From Archangium sp. (GTDB taxonomy: Bacteria; Myxococcota; Myxococcia; Myxococcales; Myxococcaceae), in assembly GCF_045802675.1 (NCBI RefSeq), contig NZ_JBJMQO010000130.1:22550-86549 (forward strand): a DNA stretch of 64,000 bases, written 5' to 3'. The notes under the pieces are model-generated. The model searched no databases and was not told the origin of the DNA. It worked only from the letters and a program-made list of their open reading frames with translations. The first letter of the stretch is position 1. Each line of letters starts with the position of its first letter. Positions 38,777 to 48,331 of the stretch are shown here, in pieces. The translations under genes were made by a program, and so were the position numbers.

Positions 38777-41700
38777 ATGTCCCGTACCCACGAGACGTCT
38801 GTCCCGGCCGAGGCCGCGCGCGAGCCGCGTGTGGCCGTCCTCATCGCCACCCATGGACGCCCGGAATTGCTCGCCACCCGGAGTCTGCGCTCGGTCGCGG
38901 CGCAGTCGCGGCGGCCGGACCTGGTCGTGCTCGTGGACGACTCGGCTCCCGGGCAGCGTCCGACGAACCGTGAGCTCGTACACCACTTCGCGGCGGACCT
39001 TCCGGGGACTCGGGTGGAGTACCTGGAGAACACCCGCACGCCGGGCCCCGCGGGAGCCTGGAACACGGGGCTGCTGCGGCTCTTCTTCCTGGAGGACCCG
39101 CGGGCGCTCTTCGTCGCCGTGCTGGATGATGACGATGCCTGGGCTCCAGATCACCTGGAGCACTGCCTCGGAGCGGCCGGGCAGCGTGGTCTCGACATGG
39201 TGGTCGCGGGCCTCATCCGCCACGACGAGGCGACCTCCGAGGGCAGACCCCAGTCCATCCCCGAACGGCTGCTCGCGGACGACTTCCTCGTCGGCAATCC
39301 CCACGTGCAGGGCTCCAACCTCTTCGTGCGCCTGCGCACGCTGCTGGAGGCGGGCCTGTTTGACGAGGCTCTCCCCAGCACGACCGACAGGGACCTGTGC
39401 ATCCGTCTGGCCGACCTCGGGGACGTGCGTTTCGGAGCCATCGCCCGGCATACCGTCCATCACTACGCCGAGCCGGGGCGGGAGCGGGTGTCCTCACCTC
39501 GCTCTCCTGCGAAGCTGGCGGGCCTGGAGGGCTTCTGGCGCAAGTACGGCAGCAGGATGGCTCCCGAGCAGCGGCAGGCCTTTTTCAAGCGGGGCCGGGA
39601 GTTCTTCGGCTGGGAGCCCGCTCCCATGCAAGTGGAGCCATCCGTCTCGGAAGGAGCTGAACGCCTGGGAGAAGGCACCCCCGAGCCAACCCGTGCTCCT
39701 CCGCCGGAATTGGCCTTCGTCGTCGGCATCATCGCCGATGCGGGTGCTACCGCGCGTGTCCTCCCGCTGCTGAAGGACCTTCTCGCGTTCTCCCATGAGC
39801 CGGAGGTGGCGGGCCTCGATGTGGTGCTCCTGGAGAACGGACCGCGCCCGAAGGACGCCCACCCACTGGAGGAACTCACCTGGAGCATGCGGCGCGAAGG
39901 GCTCCGCTGCTGGCTGGTGGACCTCGAGCAACAACGGCGCGATGCCGAACGGGGCATCTTCGGTTTCCCCTTCGAGCGCGGTGAGGGGCGCGCGGAGATC
40001 GCCACTGCCCGCACGCTGCTCCAGCGCTACCTCTACTCGTTCGCGCATCAGAGGATCCGGGCCGTGGTGTGGATCCTCGATGATGACAAACGGCTCGAGG
40101 CCCTGGTTGGCCGGAGCGACGGCCAGCTCGAATCCGCCCGCCTCCCGTTGGTGCCACGGCTGCACCGCTTGCGTGAGCTGGGCGCTCACGTGGTACTGGG
40201 GGAGGACACTGGTGCTCCGCCCCTGCCAGCCGCGAGCACGCTCCGAGGGCAACTCGTCGACCTGCATTCCAACCTGCGGTGGATGAGCCGGCTCGAGCCC
40301 CACGCGCCCCTGCCAGATCGCTCCGCAGAGAACGCCCGGACGAGGCGCCACTTCCACGACTACTATTATGACCTCTCCCGCGAGGGCGGAGCCGCGGAGA
40401 CGCCCTTCTGGCTGGTTCCGGAGCGCACCGGCGAGACGGTGATGGAGGCCCTGCGGCGGCTCGCCTCCCGGTTGCCGCTGCTCCTGTCGGGGGAACCGCT
40501 CTTCCGTCCCCTGGTGCATGACCTGGACGAAGATCCCGTGCTCAACGCCACGCCCTCCGTACGCCGCGGCGGCAGCACCTTCGTCTTCGATATCGAGGCG
40601 CTACGGGATGCCCCGAATGTCGCGCCCACGGTGAATGGCCGCGCCACGCGCCGGTCCGACATGCTCTGGGCGCTCCTCAACGTACACACGGCGGGGCGCC
40701 GCATCCTTCGCGCCTCCCTGCCGGTCCGGCACGATCGGAGCGATCTCTCCGCGCGTGGGCTCGACCTGGAAGGCTTCGCCAGCGATCTGCGTGGAGGGGC
40801 TCTCTACTGCGCCCTCGAGGAGCTCCTCCAGTCCAGGTGCGAGGGGGGTGGGCTTCGGGACGTTCCGTGCTTCTCCGAGGTGGAGCTCGAACGAGCCGTG
40901 AACGCTTTCACCAGACACCTCCAGGCCCGCACCGTCGCGGCCATGGCGGGCTTCGAGCGCATCCGGGGCGTTCTTCGCGGCCTCCGGGCCCTGCTCGTTT
41001 CCGAGCCATCCTCCTCGGCGTGCTGGCACTCGGAGCCAGGCGGGCGTGAGGTCGTGCGCGCGATCCATTCCATTCTCGACACGCTCGAGGTGGCGATTCA
41101 TCCGGACCGTCTGGAGGCACTGCGGCGGGAATTGCTGGGCACCGACCTCACCGCCATCCGTGCCTTCTTCGCGGGGCTGAGCGCCGTCACCGAGGCCTAC
41201 CGTAGCGCCTGCGCGCGCTCCGATGGGATGGAAACCTGGCTCGAGGAGCAGTCGGTGCAGAACGCGCGGACCCAACTCGAGCGGCTCTGTGCGCTTCCGA
41301 AGGATGCGCACCTGCTGGGCTGGGGATACGAGGGGGTTGTCTTCACCGCGGGAAACAGGGTCTACAAGTACTTCGCTTATTGGAAGAGCCGCGCCTCCCA
41401 CGAGAAACGGCTCTTCCTTCGCGGCCTGGTCGGGCGCTGGAGGGGGACTCGCGTTCTCTACCCGCTCCTACGCCTCCACGAGGAGGGGGTGCATGCCGCG
41501 CTCGTGTACCCGTATGAGCCGAGCACTCCCTACGAAGGAGGACATGCGGAGGGTTTCGTCCGGCTGCTCCAGGAGTGCCGCCAGCAGGGAATCGTCTTCC
41601 GCAACATCACCCCCTCCAACCTACGCGTCACGGCGGAGGGACTGCGGCTCATTGACTACGGCTCGGATCTGGAACCCTTCAGTGAGGAAGAATTCCAGAG

Positions 41701-44050
41701 GATGTGCCGGCGGGCCTGGCTCACCTGGCGCTGGCACCACCGGGCGGACCTCAAGGAACTCCTCCGCCGTTCGGTTCAGGACGCGGACATGCCTGAGTTG
41801 TGTGGGATGGAGCGGCTCGTCCAGGCTGTGAACGCACCTCCAGCACTCCAGCAACTCGACCAGTTACTCGAAGCGGAGGTCCTGCGCCTCGGAGCGGGAA
41901 GGGTGCTCGATTACGGGTGTGGCAAGGGCAGACTGGCTGCGCGGCTGGCCGCCCGGGGACTGGAGGTGTTCGGCTACGATCCGGATGCTGGGCTTGCCTC
42001 GAGTTGGGAGCGGTGGCGCGGAAGCGAGCGGCTCGAATTCACCACCACTCCCGCACGGCTCGGTACCGAGCCCCCTTTCCCGGTGGTGCTCTGCTCCCTG
42101 GTCCTGTGCACGCTGGAGGAGGGTCCGGCCTACCATGAGGTCCTCCGGCACCTGAGGACGCTCGTGCACGACAGCAGCGGGTGTGTACTCCTCGCGGTGT
42201 GCAATCCCTTCTTCGTGCTCGGGGGGAACACCCCCTTCCAGGAGCGGCACGCGCCGGCTGGCGTGACGCTCGAGGACACCTTCTCCTGGGAAAAGGTCGT
42301 GACCGGCTCCTGCGAGCGGCGCCGGGACGTGCACCGTCCGCTGGAGCGGCTACGGAGAGACCTGCTCCGAGCCGGGCTGGCCCTCGAGGCACTCTCCCAG
42401 ACGGAGACTGTCGACCTCTCCCGGTTGGAACCCTCGTCCGACTTCCTCGTTCTCCGGCTGCGTCCCCTGCCTCTTGGCGGCCCGCGCGTCTCGCTGATGG
42501 TGAAGACCTGCGTGATGGAGTGGGCCACCCTCGAACACCAGGTCCGGCACCTGGTGGGACAACTCGAAGGTCCCCGGGTCTTCTGCGAGCGCCTCCTGGT
42601 GGTCGACTCCCGCGCGAATGGATTCTCGCGCCCGTATGCCCCCGCGGATGCCAGTGCGCATGAAGTGGCCGTGGAGCGGTTGTTGCACGAGGGCTGGGTG
42701 GACCGCGTCGTCCGAGGCCCCACGACTCACGAGGAGGTGAGGGCGCTGAACGAGCGCTGGTTCGGCGTTTCCGCCCCCGCGACCCACGCGTCGAATGGCT
42801 CTCAGGTTGCCTCCACGCTGGCCGGCTTCGAGGCGTGCACGGGTGAGTATGTGCTCCAGGTCGATTCCGATGTTCTCGTCTGCCGGCGTGATCGCGGGTG
42901 GGATTACCTGGGTGAACCGTTGGCGCTCTTCGGGCAGGACCCGCACGCCCTCACTGTCGCCCTCAACATCTGTCAGGAGGATGCGCACCCCTTTACCTCG
43001 TCCCAGCAGGGCATGCCCTGGCGCGTGGAGGTGCGGGCCGCCCTGTTCCACCGGGACAGGTTCCTGGCCGTCCGCCCGCTGCCCAATGAGGTTTCAGAAG
43101 GAGCGCTCGTCCACTCCTGGTACCGCGCGGCGGATCAACGGCTTCTCCGTGGCCCCTGGCGTTCCTACCGGGGTGGAAGCACGAGCACCTTTTTCATCCA
43201 CCCGCCCAATGCGTGCAAGCGAGACATGGGCGTGTGGATGGCACTTCTCGACCGTGTAGAGGACGGTTGGGTTCCCGAGGCGCAGCGAGGAGCGGTCGAC
43301 CTCGTGGGGCCTGTCGAGGCGTGGCTGGGACCGCACCGGGGGGAGCGTTTCGTCTTCCTCATCCAGGGGCGCAACGTCCCTCCCGGCCGCCTCCTCCGCT
43401 GTCTCGATTCCCTGCTGAGCCAGCGGCATCGCGACTGGGGCGCAATCGTCGTCGATGACGGCTCCTCGCCTGCGCATGCCGCGTTCCTGGCTCAGGTGCT
43501 CGAGGACCACCGGGATCGTTTCACCTTGCTCCGCCCGCGCCTGCGACGCGGCAAACTGGCCAACTTCGTATGGGCCGTGCGGCATGTGGTGTCCCATCCG
43601 GAGTCCATCATCGTCACGCTCGATGCGGATGATGCACTGCTCGGTACCTCGGTGTTGGAGCGGCTCGCGCGCGAGTACGACCGGGGAGCGGATGCAACGG
43701 TTGGCTCGATGCTGCGCACCGACAAGCATGTGCACTACCCGGCCGTCCTCGAGGACCCTCGCTCCTGCCGGGGAGGCAATGTGTGGCAGCACCTGCGTAC
43801 ATTCAAGAAGAGGCTCTTCGATGCCGTGCCGGATGACTACCTCCGAATGGACGGGAGCTATGTGGCGGTGGCCAACGACTGGGCCGTCATGCTGCCGATC
43901 ATCGAGTTGGCGGAGCACCCCGTGTACATCCCCGAGCCGTTGTACCTCCACGAGCCCTCTGGGGTGGGCAAGGGTCCGCAGAGGGAGAGGCGGGAGCGGA
44001 TCATCGCCGGACTGATGGCTAGACCTCGTCTCGGGAGGACAGGCCCGTGA
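38777..44050 (+). CDS. Multidomain glycosyltransferase / kinase-like / SAM methyltransferase protein (1757 aa)
   Basis: Four GT-A-like acidic motifs (LDDDD, ILDDD, QVDSD, LDADD); kinase-like GWGYEG..K..FRNITPSN..DYG; VLDYGCGKG; GGGAG RBS. Confidence 0.8.
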   Translation: MSRTHETSVPAEAAREPRVAVLIATHGRPELLATRSLRSVAAQSRRPDLVVLVDDSAPGQRPTNRELVHHFAADLPGTRVEYLENTRTPGPAGAWNTGLLRLFFLEDPRALFVAVLDDDDAWAPDHLEHCLGAAGQRGLDMVVAGLIRHDEATSEGRPQSIPERLLADDFLVGNPHVQGSNLFVRLRTLLEAGLFDEALPSTTDRDLCIRLADLGDVRFGAIARHTVHHYAEPGRERVSSPRSPAKLAGLEGFWRKYGSRMAPEQRQAFFKRGREFFGWEPAPMQVEPSVSEGAERLGEGTPEPTRAPPPELAFVVGIIADAGATARVLPLLKDLLAFSHEPEVAGLDVVLLENGPRPKDAHPLEELTWSMRREGLRCWLVDLEQQRRDAERGIFGFPFERGEGRAEIATARTLLQRYLYSFAHQRIRAVVWILDDDKRLEALVGRSDGQLESARLPLVPRLHRLRELGAHVVLGEDTGAPPLPAASTLRGQLVDLHSNLRWMSRLEPHAPLPDRSAENARTRRHFHDYYYDLSREGGAAETPFWLVPERTGETVMEALRRLASRLPLLLSGEPLFRPLVHDLDEDPVLNATPSVRRGGSTFVFDIEALRDAPNVAPTVNGRATRRSDMLWALLNVHTAGRRILRASLPVRHDRSDLSARGLDLEGFASDLRGGALYCALEELLQSRCEGGGLRDVPCFSEVELERAVNAFTRHLQARTVAAMAGFERIRGVLRGLRALLVSEPSSSACWHSEPGGREVVRAIHSILDTLEVAIHPDRLEALRRELLGTDLTAIRAFFAGLSAVTEAYRSACARSDGMETWLEEQSVQNARTQLERLCALPKDAHLLGWGYEGVVFTAGNRVYKYFAYWKSRASHEKRLFLRGLVGRWRGTRVLYPLLRLHEEGVHAALVYPYEPSTPYEGGHAEGFVRLLQECRQQGIVFRNITPSNLRVTAEGLRLIDYGSDLEPFSEEEFQRMCRRAWLTWRWHHRADLKELLRRSVQDADMPELCGMERLVQAVNAPPALQQLDQLLEAEVLRLGAGRVLDYGCGKGRLAARLAARGLEVFGYDPDAGLASSWERWRGSERLEFTTTPARLGTEPPFPVVLCSLVLCTLEEGPAYHEVLRHLRTLVHDSSGCVLLAVCNPFFVLGGNTPFQERHAPAGVTLEDTFSWEKVVTGSCERRRDVHRPLERLRRDLLRAGLALEALSQTETVDLSRLEPSSDFLVLRLRPLPLGGPRVSLMVKTCVMEWATLEHQVRHLVGQLEGPRVFCERLLVVDSRANGFSRPYAPADASAHEVAVERLLHEGWVDRVVRGPTTHEEVRALNERWFGVSAPATHASNGSQVASTLAGFEACTGEYVLQVDSDVLVCRRDRGWDYLGEPLALFGQDPHALTVALNICQEDAHPFTSSQQGMPWRVEVRAALFHRDRFLAVRPLPNEVSEGALVHSWYRAADQRLLRGPWRSYRGGSTSTFFIHPPNACKRDMGVWMALLDRVEDGWVPEAQRGAVDLVGPVEAWLGPHRGERFVFLIQGRNVPPGRLLRCLDSLLSQRHRDWGAIVVDDGSSPAHAAFLAQVLEDHRDRFTLLRPRLRRGKLANFVWAVRHVVSHPESIIVTLDADDALLGTSVLERLAREYDRGADATVGSMLRTDKHVHYPAVLEDPRSCRGGNVWQHLRTFKKRLFDAVPDDYLRMDGSYVAVANDWAVMLPIIELAEHPVYIPEPLYLHEPSGVGKGPQRERRERIIAGLMARPRLGRTGP

Positions 44051-44619
44051 GCACGCGCAAGCCCTTGGTGGCGGTGATTGGAGATGCCGTCGTGGCACCC
44101 GGTTCGAGGAAGGAGCAGCTCGCGGAGCAGTTGGGAGGGCTGTTGGTGACGGCCGGGTACCGGGTCCTCACGGGGGGCCTTGGAGGGGTCATGGAGGCCG
44201 CGTGCCGGGGTGCACGTGGCGCCGAGTCCTTCCAGCCCGGTGACACCGTCGGCCTGCTTCCGGGCTTTGATCCGGACGAGGCCAACCCCTATGTCGACGT
44301 GGTGCTCCCGACCGGTCTGGACCATATGAGGAATGCTCTGGTTTCGACCGCGGATGCGGTGGTGGCCATTGGAGGTGGCGCCGGTACGATGGCGGAGCTA
44401 GCCCACGCCTGGCTTCTCAAGCGACTCATTGTCGGCTTCCGTGTCGAGGGATGGAGCGGCCGGGTCGCGGACACGCGGCTCGACGACCGTATCCGGCACC
44501 GCGACGTGCCGGATGACCGCGTCTACGGTGTCGACTCGCCCCAGGATGCGCTCGCATTGCTCGGAGACCTGCTCCCTCGCTACACCGGACGGCATCGCGG
44601 CATCCGACGAAGGAGCTGA
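44047..44619 (+). CDS. LOG/SLOG family nucleotide-binding protein (TIGR00725-like)
   Basis: TGGLGGVMEAA, PTGL..RN, GGGAGT..E motifs; GTGA overlap with the upstream gene. Confidence 0.85.
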   Translation: MSTRKPLVAVIGDAVVAPGSRKEQLAEQLGGLLVTAGYRVLTGGLGGVMEAACRGARGAESFQPGDTVGLLPGFDPDEANPYVDVVLPTGLDHMRNALVSTADAVVAIGGGAGTMAELAHAWLLKRLIVGFRVEGWSGRVADTRLDDRIRHRDVPDDRVYGVDSPQDALALLGDLLPRYTGRHRGIRRRS

Positions 44620-44660
44620 GCCATCATCCGCCAGCTGAGGGGCTCACGCGGGCGTGCCCG

Positions 44661-46391
44661 TCACGGCGCGTCGCAGGCGCTCAGGGCCTGCTTGAGCTCG
44701 TCGGGATCCACCTCCACCTCCTTCAGCGCTTGCAGCCGCTTCGCCTGCTTCTGGGCCTCGGGGCATTGGCCCTCGGCCGCCAGCCATTGGATGGCCGGCA
44801 CGCGCATCCCGACGTCCTCCTGCATCGCCTTCTTCAGCCACTCCTCGCGCCAGGGGCCTCCGCAGGCCGCGAGGCGGGGATGCATGGCGCAGATGCGGAA
44901 GCGGGCCCGGGTGGACTCCCATTCATAGCCATCCTCACGGGTCTCCAGCTTCGCGAAGAGCGCCAGGGCCTCCTCGTAGTGCCCCATGTCCTGCAAGGCC
45001 TCGGCGTACTCGTAGGTGCGCTCGGGAGAGTCCTGGCGCTTCGACCACGCTTCCCGGCGGCTCTTCAGCTCGACGGGCTCGGACAGTCGCACGGTCTTCA
45101 GCACGGTCTCGTAGAACGACTGGCGGGGCGGCGCCACCCCGGCCTTCTCCGAGTACCAGCCGATCCGGTAGATGCGCGTTCCCTCCACGCGGGCCTGCTC
45201 GAAGACGCTGCGGCCCTGACCGGTGAACGTCCAGGCCTTCCAGCCCTCCTGAAGGGCGGGGACCTCGGTGCGGGTGACGGGGCCTCGCAGTCGCCGCTCC
45301 CAATCCTGCTGCAGCAGCTCGGGATCCAACTGGTCCGGCTGCCGGAGCAGGTGCGAGGCCGTGTAGATGCCGCTGCCGGAGACAGGACCTGGCTGCCACG
45401 CATCGAGCCCCACGAACGTGCCCGGGTGGTTGGCCATGCGCCAGCAGATGGACAGCTCCAGCCCCTCCTTGGGCTCTCCGGCGCTCCGCTCGAGCGAGCA
45501 CAGGCGCGTTGGCGAGGAGGCCAGCCACCACGACAGTCCCGCCGGGAGCGTCAGGAGGACGAGGCCGACGCCCAACATGCGCAGCCGCGTAAGGGCCCGT
45601 CCCGTGCGAGGCGCCAGCGTCGCCGCGGGAGTCCACAGCGACACGGCCAGGCCTCCGAGATAGCCGCCCAGGTGGCCCAGCACCGAGACCTTCTGGGCCG
45701 AGAAGCCAGACACCAGGAAGAAGGCGAACAGGATGTACGAACGCCAGCCGTAGGCGCTGCGCTGCCCGCGCGGGATGGCGTCCCCCAGGCGCAGCCCCAG
45801 ACCCAGCTGGGCGCCCCAGGCGCCGTAGGCCAGGATGGACGAGCCCACGACCGGCAGATCCGAGAAGGGCACGATGAGCAGCGCCGCCCCGAGGCTCGCC
45901 CCGAGCAGCACCAGCAGCAGGCCCGCCATGCCCAGCACCCGCTCCACCCGGAAGCAGCTGTAGGCCAGGAGGGGCAGGTTGGTCATCAGGTGCAAGGCAT
46001 TGCCGTGGAGCCAGGGCGCCGTCCATGCACTCCACCAGGCGCCCTCGAGAAGGGTCGGCTCGAACCCGACAGCGCCCACCCGTCCGGGCTCCATCCCTTG
46101 CAGGCCGAACCAGAGCTGAAGGCCGAAGGCCGCGAGCATCAGCACGCTCACCAGCGCGCTGGCCCACGGGATGTGCTTCCCCGACAGCCGCGCCGCCGCC
46201 CGGGCCGCGGGCGCATCCACGGCGCTGGCCAGCGCGGGGATCGTCTCGATGCGGGCGAACCCTGTCCCCGTCCAGGGGGCGTAGCGGACCTCGGCCGAGC
46301 TGAGCACCCGTCCCCGCCGGATTTCCTCCTCCAGCTCCGACGGATGCAGGGCCGTCTGCTCGTCATCGCCTCTCAGTTCGATCTGTTGCAT
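44661..46391 (-). CDS. Rhomboid family intramembrane protease with C-terminal soluble/TPR-like domain
   Basis: WLHG..HL..N, VVGSS and GHLGG rhomboid motifs. Confidence 0.8.
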   Translation of the reverse strand: MQQIELRGDDEQTALHPSELEEEIRRGRVLSSAEVRYAPWTGTGFARIETIPALASAVDAPAARAAARLSGKHIPWASALVSVLMLAAFGLQLWFGLQGMEPGRVGAVGFEPTLLEGAWWSAWTAPWLHGNALHLMTNLPLLAYSCFRVERVLGMAGLLLVLLGASLGAALLIVPFSDLPVVGSSILAYGAWGAQLGLGLRLGDAIPRGQRSAYGWRSYILFAFFLVSGFSAQKVSVLGHLGGYLGGLAVSLWTPAATLAPRTGRALTRLRMLGVGLVLLTLPAGLSWWLASSPTRLCSLERSAGEPKEGLELSICWRMANHPGTFVGLDAWQPGPVSGSGIYTASHLLRQPDQLDPELLQQDWERRLRGPVTRTEVPALQEGWKAWTFTGQGRSVFEQARVEGTRIYRIGWYSEKAGVAPPRQSFYETVLKTVRLSEPVELKSRREAWSKRQDSPERTYEYAEALQDMGHYEEALALFAKLETREDGYEWESTRARFRICAMHPRLAACGGPWREEWLKKAMQEDVGMRVPAIQWLAAEGQCPEAQKQAKRLQALKEVEVDPDELKQALSACDAP

Positions 46392-46506
46392 GTTCCCCCT
46401 CGCCGAGCCCCGCGTGCCTTCGCACGGCTCGAGCTTTCCGCATCCTGGCACACCTCGCGCGGAGTACGCTGTTGTGCCTTTCCCTCATGACCAGGAGTCC
46501 TCCCTC

Positions 46507-47913
46507 GTGCGCAGCTTCGTCCGCCGTCTCGCGACGGCCGCGGTCTTCCTGTTGAGCCTCGCCGCCGTCAGCCCCGCCGCCGCACAGGGCCCGCTCCGCA
46601 CGCGCATCGACGCGTTCATGCGCGCGGAGATGGAGCGCCAGAAGGTGCCCGGCGTCGGCATCGGCATCGTGAAGCAGGGCAAGGTCTTCCTGGCCAAGGG
46701 GTATGGCTTCGCCAACCTCGAGCATCAGGTTCCCGTCGGGCCCGAGACCCTCTTCCAGTCCGGCTCCCTGGGCAAGCAGTTCACCGCCATGGCGGTGATG
46801 CTCCAGGTGGAGGCGGGCAAGCTCTCGCTGGCGGATCCGCTGACGAAGTTCTTTCCCGAGGCTCCCACTTCCTGGGGCACCATCACGGTGCGCCACCTCT
46901 TGAATCACACCTCGGGCCTTCCCGATCTGGAAGGCAAGCTCGATTACCGGAAGGACTATTCGGATGAGGATCTCGCGCGCTACGCGTACGCGCTGACGCT
47001 CGAGTTTACCCCGGGCTCTCGCTGGAGCTACAGCAACACCGGCTATGTCCTGCTGGGCATCATCGTGAACCGGGTGGCGGGCACCTTCTACGGCGACATC
47101 CTGCGCGAGCGTGTCTTCAAGCCCACGGGCATGACGACGGCGCGGACCATCAACGAGGACGACATCATCCCGCACCGCGCCGCTGGCTACCGTCTGGTCA
47201 ATGGGGAACTGAAGAACCAGGAGTGGGTCTCGCCCTCGCTCAACACCACGGGCGATGGCTCGCTCTACGTGTCCGTGCGGGACATGATCGCCTGGGACGC
47301 GGCCGTCCAGGCTCATGCCATCCTCGAGCCGGAGAGCTGGAAGGAAATCCTGCGCCCCGCTCCTCTCAACAGCGGAGCCACCTTTCCGTATGGCTTTGGC
47401 TGGATGCTCGATGAGCGCAATGGAAAGCCGCTGCACCAGCACAGCGGGGGTTGGCAGGGCTTCACGACCTACTTCGCCCGCTACCTCGGAGACTCCCTCT
47501 CCATCATCGTGCTGACCAACTCCGGTACCGAGAACCCCAGGTTCTTCGCGGAGGGGATCGCCGCCATCATGAGCCCCGCGCTCGCCGCGCCCGTCCCCAA
47601 GCCCATCGAGGACAAGGAGCCTCAGGTCACCGCTCGGATTTCGGCGCTGCTCGAGAAGGCGCGGGAGGGCACCCTCACGCCGGCCGACTTCGCGTATGCC
47701 CGCGCGGGGTTCTTCCCGGACCGGATGAAGGTCTATCAGGAGAAGCTTCGCGCCCTGGGGCCCGCGGGGCCGCCGGTGCTGGTCGAGCGAATCACGCGGG
47801 GCGATGACCGGGTCTACACGTATGACGTGCCCTTCGGTGCCAAGACCTATCTCTTCACCGTGGCGCTCGCCCCAGACGACCGATTGTCCTCGTTCGGGCT
47901 GCGGCCGAAGTGA
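46507..47913 (+). CDS. Serine hydrolase, beta-lactamase/AmpC-like family
   Basis: SLGK (SxxK), LLNHTSG, YSN, HSG motifs; signal peptide; AGGAG RBS before GTG. Confidence 0.9.
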   Translation: MRSFVRRLATAAVFLLSLAAVSPAAAQGPLRTRIDAFMRAEMERQKVPGVGIGIVKQGKVFLAKGYGFANLEHQVPVGPETLFQSGSLGKQFTAMAVMLQVEAGKLSLADPLTKFFPEAPTSWGTITVRHLLNHTSGLPDLEGKLDYRKDYSDEDLARYAYALTLEFTPGSRWSYSNTGYVLLGIIVNRVAGTFYGDILRERVFKPTGMTTARTINEDDIIPHRAAGYRLVNGELKNQEWVSPSLNTTGDGSLYVSVRDMIAWDAAVQAHAILEPESWKEILRPAPLNSGATFPYGFGWMLDERNGKPLHQHSGGWQGFTTYFARYLGDSLSIIVLTNSGTENPRFFAEGIAAIMSPALAAPVPKPIEDKEPQVTARISALLEKAREGTLTPADFAYARAGFFPDRMKVYQEKLRALGPAGPPVLVERITRGDDRVYTYDVPFGAKTYLFTVALAPDDRLSSFGLRPK

Positions 47914-47994
47914 GCCTGTCGCGGACGCGGAGCAGGGCAGGGGGGCCCGCGCTCCGAGCGTGAAGGACGCATCGGGGCGCGGGCGGGACGCGCG

Positions 47995-48099
47995 CTACTT
48001 CTTCACGGCGATGGAGCCGCGATACTTCGTGTTCTCTGCCCCGTTCGCGGCGACGGGGAGCAAAGTCATACACGCGAGAATCAGAAGAATCGCTTTCAT
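47995..48099 (-). CDS. 34-aa secreted small peptide or gene remnant
   Basis: AAGGAGG RBS; MKAILLILACMTLLPVAANGAENTKYRGSIAVKK. Confidence 0.4.
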   Translation of the reverse strand: MKAILLILACMTLLPVAANGAENTKYRGSIAVKK

Positions 48100-48331
48100 G
48101 CTTCGAGTGCCTCCTTGGGCGCCCGGAGCCTCGCGGCGGGTTCTGGCGCGTCCAGCTTTGTCCCCGGAGGCCCGTGCTCCCTGGGGGCCTCCGTGCACTC
48201 GCGTCCACTTGTGCAGTAGGCTGCGCAGGACTTCGGGTGCACTGCGTCGTGCGGGTGGCACCCCGAGTCCAAGTTCCTCATTTCCCTGGGCCTCGGCCCC
48301 GGCATGGTCGTTGTAGGGGTCTTCACCCACC

